Shown here: one piece after another, positions 50,501-57,265 of the stretch
Layout: the number at the start of each line of letters is the position of its first letter
Numbering within the stretch: the first letter of the stretch is position 1
Assembly: GCF_000142905.1 (NCBI RefSeq)
Contig: NW_013657633.1
Span: 169,154-233,153 of the forward strand
Source: Thecamonas trahens ATCC 50062
Taxonomy: Eukaryota > Protista > Apusomonadida
Reading direction: 5' to 3'
Length of the DNA: 64,000 bases
The notes under the pieces: generated by a model
The model's database searches: none
Told to the model about the DNA's origin: nothing
What the model saw: only the letters and a program-made list of their open reading frames with translations
Program-made: the position numbers and the translations under genes

Positions 50501-52812
50501 CTGCACTGGCAGTCTCAGCACCCGAACTTTGGCTTCCGGCCTCCACCTCGGATGGTCGCACCGTGTATCCCATCGAATGGTCCCTGGTCTATGGGCAGTC
50601 GCTCCCGGCTGCATCGGCAGCCGGCAATGCCGCCGGCCGAACCGCCGAGGCCATGGCCGTTGCTCTCCTTGATGCCGACGTTGCCCACACACTCTCTGCG
50701 GCTCACTCGGAGCCATCACGCGTTGTTCCGCTCGTGGCACGCGCCGCAGCGCGCGGGTACTGGACCCTGCTCGAGCGTCTGGTCGGCGCAGGCGCCCTTC
50801 TCGATGACTCAGCAGTCGTCCCAAGCAACGAGCAGTGGAGCTACGCCGACCGGGCGCAGAGCCTCTGGCACATCCTCCACTTTGCTGCTGCCGCTGGCCA
50901 CGATGACGCGGTGCGATTTCTTCTTGACGCCGGCGCCTCCCCGTTTGTCACCGATGCCTCCGACCACATGCCGCTGTACTACGCCTCGGTCCGCGGCAAG
51001 CACGGCGCAGTCCGACTGCTGCTGCAGGCTGTCCTGGGTCAGCTCTCGCCTTCCGGCGACGCCGAGCCGTCGAGCCAGAGCCTCGACATGGCGTACGATG
51101 CCCTGATCGAGGTGTGTGAAGGCGGTGGTTACTACGCGGTTGTCGAAGTCGCTGCCGGCGTCTGGCCCGGCGCCTACGACGCGCTCCGCCAAGTCCCCCG
51201 TTGGTGGCAGCCGGTCATCGAAGGTGCCGTTCGTGCGGGCTCGGTTCGCGCTCTCACCGTTCTCCTTGATGCCCTCGACGACGCCGACGTAGCCTGGGCG
51301 AGCTACACCTCGCCAGGCTCGGGCTCGCCACTTTTGTACCAAGCTGCCAGCCGCGGGCGGCTCGGCGCGTGCATGGTCCTCATCAAGCGCGGCGCTGACC
51401 TTGCCCTCGGTTTCACCACAGCCCATGGTGAGACTGTCCTCCACTGGATGTACGCTCACGGCATGGTTCTGGCGCTGGCAGCCATCGAGCACGCTGTGTC
51501 CGGCGATCCTGACCTGCGTGCTGCGCTCGACAAAGCCCGGTCAGGTCCCGCTGCCGAGAGTCTGCGGGTTTACGCAGCAGGAATGGGTCATGCAAGCCTT
51601 GTCGGCGGCATCCGGGACGACGCTGAGCTACAGGGCTGGTTCTCGCGGCAAATGGCCGCCAACGCGGTCACGATTGCCACTGGCCACGCGGAGGACAGTA
51701 GTGCAAAAGCCTCTGCAGTTGCTCCTGCTGCCTCCATGGGCTCGCTCGTCGCCGCAGCACGAAGTGGCGCCTTGGCTGTTGTCGAGGCCCGGCTGGCCGC
51801 CGGCGATCTCGCAAACGGCACTAGTCGCAGTGAGAGCCCGCTCATTGCTGCATCTCGGATGGGTCATACCAAAGTTGTCGCTGCCCTCCTCCGCGCCGGC
51901 GCCGCAGTCGACCGGAGCTGCATGTGCCTTCCGAGCACCGCGCTCCTTGCAGCGCTCGACGGGCGCCACGAGGACACAGCCGCAGTCCTGCTAGAGGCCG
52001 GCGCGTCGCCGCGGCGCGCCGATGCAGAGACCGGAAATACCCCGCTGCATGTGGCGGCAACTCACGGTCTCTATGACAGCGTGATGCGGCTGTTCATGCT
52101 CGGCGCCCCGCTTGACGCCCGCAACAAGCTCGGCAAGTCGCCGATGTATTATGCGGTCGCCATGGGCCACGCGCCAGTCGTCCAGCTCCTACGTGAAGAG
52201 GGTGTCGAGCTCGGTGACGACGAGGACGCAGTTGTCCAGCCGAGAATGGCCGGTCTGGCGTCACATGCGGCTGCCCTCGACGTCGATGGCTCTGCTGCCG
52301 CCTCACGCCTCACGGCAGCCGACGTCCGCCACGTCGTCGACCTCGAGCGCCGTGCCGCCTCGCCTGCTCACGCTCCGAGTGCGACAACTCACTCCACGCG
52401 CTTGGCTGCCATTTCAGATATTGACGCCGCCCTCGACCAGATCGAAGCAACCGGCGTCGGCGGCGTGGCAGTCGCCGTCGACCGAGCCTCTTTCTACGCC
52501 GCCCTTCCTTCGCTCAGCGAGCGACAGCGCGCAGTCACGCTTCTCCCGACCTCGCTCGTCCTCGGGCGCATTGGCCAGGCCTGGGAACGGCTTGGCCCGG
52601 ACGCGCCCGCTCTGCGTGTCGAGCTCTCATTTGCGGCGCGGATCGGCGAGATTGGCGCCACTGCTGCCCTCGACAGTGATGGCGGGCTGATCGTCGTGGC
52701 TGACCGGGTCTGCATCCGGCCAGACTCGGTCGAGGCTGCATCTGACAATGCAATTGCTGCGGCCATCCGCCGCGTCATTGCGCACCCTGCCGACTCGGCG
52801 GACAGCAAATGA
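44509..52812 (+). CDS. Very large single-exon ankyrin-repeat protein (2767 aa)
   Basis: Many ankyrin motifs (GLTPLHVA, GRTPLHMAA, DTPLHLAA, GRTPLHEAV, GNTPLHVAA) in several clusters; poly-Asp run. Confidence 0.88.
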   Translation: MPALLSSPPPSPAPPPYSLDTASLHLPHPPPHTPLTLSLTTPDSSPASLPLYVWIDSADSSTPLPAPSPVPAPAPDGVIRLALPPLPPRAACTLHARLGSVFGPRLPGTPLAFTVAAEPNASSSPPSSPLPSSPPAIPAWDASPDTLHARHKARRARMRAAVAADASVSARAARLACSRTNYDSKAAALEWLAARAAAPPSLPPLPAAVSVTIVADGHSAALPLAVIHDIDPAASLADIRAAALTANPLLASAVFVNRSVARSAAIVPLASEPGTPAASLFPVWRCYRYHAAAATASPSRRSPAERCWGPAHLLHHSTCPRAAPLPPSDDMVWDPDASPCRVAAVVVTFPQDTPPHAGHLLADAVRLVDVDAAAALIARLSPAELAAALSWRDIAGLTPLHVALTPRSMTEAARAMAHASPARPAPRAHLSFSSSSSSGDDELLELLDADSPSPSDTASLPGASASGPSPLVDVVALVERMAALVTVLLDALASLPPLLATAVLATKDASGRTPLHMAAVAGHPAVLAAFGIAVNSPSPLAPLLPVALAATDATGANPLHAALYAGYSDLYPSLLAAAGPQTARSIALAEDIHGHSPRSLFAAAVGDLVAAAGTGDDALLAQLLATEQLVGEVDTSIAARDALERTALHAAALSGSTACVKALLAAGAAPDTCDWRHDTPLHLAAGQGHEDVIALLLNAPAGADIASLPNAAGRTPLHEAVYANHVHVIDLLASASPAALAVFDNIEHAPLHAACAAGSLDLVSALVESGHADINARAPLSSSPPLSPHRPKMPARLRKHLASYAPPLPSRCPAPSSGPSPLAVAVAAGHGVVVKYLLEHRAHIRVRDAHGCSLFQLACRRGHLRIASLLAFHTADPHVLVATSTSSARLSASSRSLGLHSASPFRSDSLHASWSPGSDQSSLRAQLRDVNAARAANSANSATPLQVSAQVHALDRSTPSKVCPTSRAALAILLPARDIPIWASFLHAELAAGNLPLFSLLFSVGYTLAQSDLAVAAAAGHRSLVALCIRAAHNSLTPAALDDALIAAAAAGHVDVLDELIDAPLFAAVADSTPALRAALRASRPDAASRLLTAGVPAVYDKDVADHPLVLAITHGELALASLVLNHPSLVLDAPAAATAIVYACARAMDDLVVALANGGVSLQARLPLPTSVSLLASASQFVGDEAPVGIVPILVARRRYDVFTALASAFPSQLTPDFVVSSLDISALIHHEALPFLAWLLARSNPSTLALPNDPSFAVYATPNATLPAEPHVDRHSAESLVAPVAAACIAPGTITPVVPVALAVLDLGSTPCLGYTASRKEARNAIRALLRLSTDIALAVLGTATWLHAALLVGDVDSASLLIDLGLAPLDSSVLLIIAATAAPDRACLDLLDRRGLHRLELSPDPDELNTFVHATEHAIVLAAHHGNTDGLRRALDIYSSLWSFEHIGATRFSAGALRAAFSSVFAAAPSLSSDRQRRAGDDDAVLACCDIIISYAVQELHADFAPAASVTAFSLPHLWSFSPLAVLLCSAQPQPLAFARIRSPRAEDLACRLWAHTQPQDFSQAAYLALSDVIALAASAGWHVLLKLVIVDTQWSSQILTLGASSPILPRPQRRALDLALGREALAVVADLAPWIEVNFVDNVETLTEAAIVIRPVPGFKPPMIHDRIYVVEQLSRVLPASIVLDDDDDDDDDDDDNEEIEVARLALGNTMHTLGVWGLAKAHRKCSALLEHMLANGQVRGSACSIALHPLVVGGRLPLVVQMLAAGVPGGPNLRDALNSFTRDEPGMVGMRQKLVRLLSLIGGWSGTVSQAALPLIARRAPLAPIAALGIATLADLEPAAGSQVVAGWSMLHQLAIEGNDRMLQMVVDALGRERAQTEACATASNGLTPLAAAMLGGHPASALVLEPHCSDLHLLGEAAATGLATSIAPDMIAVVSRMLARTGPAGLACAASPLAGVLLFGEDDATADLAEHVIKPTLVHIAAALAQTGILAPALAVSAPELWLPASTSDGRTVYPIEWSLVYGQSLPAASAAGNAAGRTAEAMAVALLDADVAHTLSAAHSEPSRVVPLVARAAARGYWTLLERLVGAGALLDDSAVVPSNEQWSYADRAQSLWHILHFAAAAGHDDAVRFLLDAGASPFVTDASDHMPLYYASVRGKHGAVRLLLQAVLGQLSPSGDAEPSSQSLDMAYDALIEVCEGGGYYAVVEVAAGVWPGAYDALRQVPRWWQPVIEGAVRAGSVRALTVLLDALDDADVAWASYTSPGSGSPLLYQAASRGRLGACMVLIKRGADLALGFTTAHGETVLHWMYAHGMVLALAAIEHAVSGDPDLRAALDKARSGPAAESLRVYAAGMGHASLVGGIRDDAELQGWFSRQMAANAVTIATGHAEDSSAKASAVAPAASMGSLVAAARSGALAVVEARLAAGDLANGTSRSESPLIAASRMGHTKVVAALLRAGAAVDRSCMCLPSTALLAALDGRHEDTAAVLLEAGASPRRADAETGNTPLHVAATHGLYDSVMRLFMLGAPLDARNKLGKSPMYYAVAMGHAPVVQLLREEGVELGDDEDAVVQPRMAGLASHAAALDVDGSAAASRLTAADVRHVVDLERRAASPAHAPSATTHSTRLAAISDIDAALDQIEATGVGGVAVAVDRASFYAALPSLSERQRAVTLLPTSLVLGRIGQAWERLGPDAPALRVELSFAARIGEIGATAALDSDGGLIVVADRVCIRPDSVEAASDNAIAAAIRRVIAHPADSADSK

Positions 52813-52924
52813 ACCGTCCCACGTTGTGCCGTGGCAGAGTTGTGGTGCGGTTCTTGCGCCTGCGTTGATCGCCCGTTCTCCACTTTGGCTGTCGTCGCAT
52901 GAGTGACCACCCAACCCCACCGCC

Positions 52925-54273
52925 ATGCCCCCCCCGCCCCTCACCACCGCCACCCCCACATCTACCGCATCATGGCTCTTCTGCACCAGATGTTGCACTC
53001 CGCTCGACAGTAGCGATGCCGTACGTCTTGTCCACATCTTCCACTGTCGCCCGAAAACGCAACCTGATCGCGATCACCGCCGATCGCTGCCGTCATCGCC
53101 GCTGCCCCCCCCCCCCCCCCAGTCCATCACACACAACCCACAACCTGCATCCCCTCTATCCCTTCCATCCCCCCCCCCCCCCCCCCCCATTGTCCCTACC
53201 AATCGGTNNNNNNNNNNNNNNNNNNNNNNNNNNNNNNNNNNNNNNNNNNNNNNNNNNNNNNNNNNNNNNNNNNNNNNNNNNNNNNNNNNNNNNNNNNNNN
53301 NNNNNNNNNNNNNNNNNNNNNNNNNNNNNNNNNNNNNNNNNNNNNNNNNNNNNNNNNNNNNNNNNNNNNNNNNNNNNNNNNNNNNNNNNNNNNNNNNNNN
53401 NNNNNNNNNNNNNNNNNNNNNNNNNNNNNNNNNNCCCCGCCCCCCCCCCCCTCCCCTTTTCACGACCTTTTCCAGTCACCCTTCTTCATCTCCCGGTGCA
53501 AGCACCTGGCATGTGCCGGGTGCATGACCGACGCCGCCACCCGCTCGGCGACCGGCCCATGCCCCGCATGCGGAACGCGTACCGTCTTCTGTCGGCTCTC
53601 GTCGTCTGATCCGCCGGCATCTCGCCCGCCGTCAGTTGCCGAGCTCTTTGCGCCGCCGCTCCCGCTGCTCGAGCAGGCTGTGACCAACTTCAAGTTCCAG
53701 CTTCGGCAGGCTCTCGTCCTTGCCTCGCGCTACGCCGACCACGCCGCCGTCGCGCAGCGGGCGCATCGCGCGGCATCACGTGCCACCTCGCTCATCGACA
53801 AGTACAAAGAGAAGAATGCGGCGCTCGAGGCTGCCGCCCGCACCGCTACCAGCCGCATCGCCGCGCTCGAGGCTGAGCTTGGTGTGCCGGCCTCGCGCGC
53901 GTCGTCGCGTCGTCGTCACCACGAGCCCCAGCAGGAGCGGACCCACCTCCCGTCGCGGGTCTCACACCCTCGCTCGCATCTCCGCGACTTTGACTTTAGT
54001 GGCAGGGCCGGCGGCAGCAGTAGCGGATCGGGCACAGTAGTGGCCGCCGGTCCGTCACCACCCAAACGGCGGCAGCGTCCGCTCCCGGGCCCCATGCCGA
54101 TTGCTGCCGCTTTCCACCAGCATCGCTCGCCGCCACGATCTGTCCAGCGCTCGCGGCAGGCGTTTCCAACCACGCCAGACACGGTGGCGCGGCTACCGCC
54201 GTTTCGGCGGCCGCAGACAACGGCCGCGCTCTCGCGGTACGCCCGGCAGCACCGGCCGTACGTCCGCCGCTGA
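52925..54273 (+). CDS. RNF212: C3HC4 RING + coiled-coil protein, RNF212/Zip3-like (exons 52925-53020, 53476-54273; intron spans the gap)
   Basis: Splicing GTACGT...TCCAG (phase 0) gives WLFCTRC...FFISRCKHLACAGC...CPACG, then FKFQ, a coiled coil and a disordered tail. Confidence 0.7.
53208..53434. other. Assembly gap flanked by poly-C tracts
   Basis: Run of N. Confidence 1.
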
Positions 54274-54293
54274 AGCTTAAACTCCGCCGTCGC

Positions 54294-55565
54294 TCACCGC
54301 ATGCGGTCAAAGTTGACCAGCGAGTACGAAATCCATTGCGGGTTCTTGGACGCGCCCGGGCCGTCGACAAGCCGCACCTTGATAGGATACGGCGATTCGC
54401 CAAAGAACGGAAGCCACTCGCGGATCTTGGCGGTCGGAAATGGACCGTACACCTCTTGCGGCTCCTTGAGAATGGCATATTCCCACATGCACGTCGCTGA
54501 CGGCCCGCTCGCTTCGCTTGCGACCGTTCTGGAGCTGGCCGCGTCCATCGCCGCCACATCGGCCTCGACGTCTTCACGACGCTTGGTAAAGATCGAGTGA
54601 TCGCCCGCCGACTCGAGCAGGTTTGAGGTGAGTTCGGTGATGGCGTCAAAGCTCGAGCGGTCGCCCGCGGCCTTGGTCCGGTTGAGCGCCGCGACCGCCG
54701 TTTCTCCAGGCTGCAGTAGAGCGAGGAGCTCGGATCGCATAGCCCGGACCCCGCCCCGGGTCAGGCTTTCTGCCGGCTCGTTGTCAAATGCTGCAGTCGA
54801 TGAGACGCGTGGGGCGGCAGCAGAGACTGGCACGGCCTCGTCGACCTCGGCCAGCCATCCGTCGCGCCCGCCGAGGCCCTCGACATCGTCCTCGCTGGCG
54901 TCGTCGTCCGCGAGCGCGTGGTAGTTCCCGGCCTCGTCAAAGTAGCCCTCGCGCATCTCGTCGCGGACGTTGAACGGCTCCAGCCGGACGCCGTCCTCGG
55001 TCATCTCAGCCTCAGGCCCATCCTCTTCGGCGGCCCCCAGCTCGCGGCGGACGCGCTCTCTCGCGCGGCGCCGAGCAGCAACTGCAGCGGCGGCGGCGCC
55101 GGATGAACCGTCCTCGCGAATGTCGCCAAAGAGACCATCATCCGAGTCCTCGTCACCGGCGGCGGCGCCATCATCGACCTCGTCGCCGTCATCGTCATCG
55201 CTCCCGCTTCCGCTCGCCGGGCCGGCAGCTGGGCGGGCAGTCGGCACGCCGCGGTCGTCCAAGCCCTCGGCGCGGGCGATCCGCGCCGCCCGCGCCGCCC
55301 GCTGGGCACGGGCCAGCTCCTCAGCCTCGTCAGCAACCATGTAGGCAGCGCGGGCCTGCTCGACCTTGACCGCCGCCTCGGCCGCCGCCGCCGCCGCCGC
55401 CACCACCGCTCCGTCGTCCTCGTCCAGGCCATGCCCATTGGCGACGGGCTCGGGGCCGCCGCCCTGCCCGCCCGCCACCAGCCCGCGTGCCCGCTTGGCG
55501 CTCGTCCCGTCGTCGTCGTCTGACTCGAGGCCTGCTGCAAGCGGGTTCCCGCGTCGGCGCTTCAT
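54294..55565 (-). CDS. CD2BP2: U5 snRNP 52K protein (CD2BP2/Lin1) with C-terminal GYF-like domain
   Basis: EDGVRLEPFNVRDEMREGYFDEAGNY, LLQPGETAVAALNR, MWEY...EVYGPF...IREW. Confidence 0.9.
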   Translation of the reverse strand: MKRRRGNPLAAGLESDDDDGTSAKRARGLVAGGQGGGPEPVANGHGLDEDDGAVVAAAAAAAEAAVKVEQARAAYMVADEAEELARAQRAARAARIARAEGLDDRGVPTARPAAGPASGSGSDDDDGDEVDDGAAAGDEDSDDGLFGDIREDGSSGAAAAAVAARRRARERVRRELGAAEEDGPEAEMTEDGVRLEPFNVRDEMREGYFDEAGNYHALADDDASEDDVEGLGGRDGWLAEVDEAVPVSAAAPRVSSTAAFDNEPAESLTRGGVRAMRSELLALLQPGETAVAALNRTKAAGDRSSFDAITELTSNLLESAGDHSIFTKRREDVEADVAAMDAASSRTVASEASGPSATCMWEYAILKEPQEVYGPFPTAKIREWLPFFGESPYPIKVRLVDGPGASKNPQWISYSLVNFDRMR

Positions 55566-55631
55566 CTCCTGCTCTGCCTGGCCTGCTGAGTGGAGTGGAG
55601 TCGTCCAGTCGGCCGCCTCTGCCCGCCGCCC

Positions 55632-55729
55632 GCCGAGTCGGTGCCGCCCCACTCGCCGGCCGAGTCGGTGCCGCCCCACTCGCCGGCCGAGTCGGTGCCG
55701 CCCCACTCGCCCGCCGAGTCGATGCCACC
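55632..55729. repeat. 27-bp minisatellite (about 3.6 copies) in a divergent promoter
   Basis: GCCGAGTCGGTGCCGCCCCACTCGCCG at 55632, 55659 and 55686, partial at 55713. Confidence 0.95.
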
Positions 55730-55819
55730 TGCCAAGCCCGCGCTACTCAAGTCAGCGTCGCCCCCCCCTTCCCCCCCCCCTCTCCCTCACCGTCTCTCCG
55801 CCCACCCCTCTCCCCTGGC

Positions 55820-57229
55820 ATGCATCCGGCACTGAGCCCCATTGCAGATGGAGGACGGCGGAGAGGGGCGTACGCCCTGGCCGGGCGGCCGAAGACCACG
55901 GCGTTGGTACCTTCTGTCGCCCGGCCGGACCTCTCCGCCCTGCGCTTCAAGGGCCATCCGCTGATGGTGGCGCCGACACGGACCAAGGGCGAGCACCCGA
56001 CCATTCCGGGCCTGTATCACATGGCGCTCAAGCGGAGCGTAGGCAAGGGCAAGTGGCGCACCGTCGTCACCGGCTGGTTCGGCCCGGCAGAGATCGAGTC
56101 CATCGCCGTCGCCCTCTCCCGGGCAGAGATCTCCCTCGCCGACATCGACACTGTCTGGCTCGCTTCCACCTCGTCGCCTGCTGCTGCTCCCTCGCCGCCC
56201 GCTTCATCAGCCGCCGCATTGTGTCCGCAGCCGCTGGCAGTGATCGGTCCGGCTGGTCCGCCTCCACAGGCGGGGAGCTGGGCGCTTGTTCCGCCGGACA
56301 CTACCGTTGTGTTCAACGGGTACCACATGTTTAGCAATCCTATCCATGCGGTTGTCGATCGTGAGCGTGGCTTCCGCGCCCTCGACCCAGTCCCAGTCCT
56401 CTACTGGTACATCAAGGCTGGGAACGTTCCCATCGCCGACGGCTGGTTCGGCCCTGATGAGCTGCTTCCGCGCGTGGCCGCCGCTTGCCAGGACGACAAC
56501 GTCCACAGTAAGTATGTTCCTTCCGTTGCTTCCACCTGCAGCGCCTTTGCTGCGCCCTTCAACGAACCGCTTCCCCTCGAGGATCCGCGCCACGTCGATG
56601 TCCGCAAGCGGCGGACGGATCAAGTCCGCATCCTGCCCGAGGCTTCCCGCGCGCCCGTTCCAGACTCGGTCGACTTTTCCCTCGACAACTACTGGCTCTA
56701 CGGCCTGCCGCTGACTACCAGTCTCACCGTGGCCTCGGGCATGCATCCTGTTGTTCGCGAGGCAGCTTACGTGCATGTTGTGTTGTCGCAGATGGGCGGC
56801 CGCGCGCTGTGGTGTGGCTGGGCTACTCCGCATGAGACCCGCTACGTGGCATACTGCCTTGTACGCGACGCGGCTATCGCGTACGCTGTTGATGCCGGCT
56901 CGGCGCTCCACTCGCAGCTCGACGCTCAACTCAAGCTCCTCCCTGATCCAGCCTCCCTTTCTTCGCTTGATCTAGACGTACCAGGCGATATGTCGCTCAA
57001 GCTCACCCTCGATGCGAATGCAGGCGTCCGCCCTCGCCCGAACCGTCCGCCGCAGTACCGATTCAAGGTGTATGATGCGAATTGGAATCTGCTCGACAAG
57101 CCGCGGTGGGCCTCGGTCGACTCGCTTGCCTCTGTCATCGCCACCGCCAAGAACCGGCTCAAGCGGCTCCGCGCTGCCGCTGGCTCTCCGTCTCGTCCTG
57201 CCAAGCGCATCAAGTCGTCGCGTCCTTGA
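55820..57229 (+). CDS. Hypothetical protein (about 470 aa) with four degenerate internal repeats and a C-terminal basic NLS-like motif
   Basis: Long ORF with host codon bias; GWFGPAE, GWFGPDE, GWATPHE and RWASVD motifs; PAKRIK. Confidence 0.75.
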   Translation: MHPALSPIADGGRRRGAYALAGRPKTTALVPSVARPDLSALRFKGHPLMVAPTRTKGEHPTIPGLYHMALKRSVGKGKWRTVVTGWFGPAEIESIAVALSRAEISLADIDTVWLASTSSPAAAPSPPASSAAALCPQPLAVIGPAGPPPQAGSWALVPPDTTVVFNGYHMFSNPIHAVVDRERGFRALDPVPVLYWYIKAGNVPIADGWFGPDELLPRVAAACQDDNVHSKYVPSVASTCSAFAAPFNEPLPLEDPRHVDVRKRRTDQVRILPEASRAPVPDSVDFSLDNYWLYGLPLTTSLTVASGMHPVVREAAYVHVVLSQMGGRALWCGWATPHETRYVAYCLVRDAAIAYAVDAGSALHSQLDAQLKLLPDPASLSSLDLDVPGDMSLKLTLDANAGVRPRPNRPPQYRFKVYDANWNLLDKPRWASVDSLASVIATAKNRLKRLRAAAGSPSRPAKRIKSSRP

Positions 57230-57265
57230 CAACGAGAGCAGGCAGTTGTTTCCTTTAAACGAATT

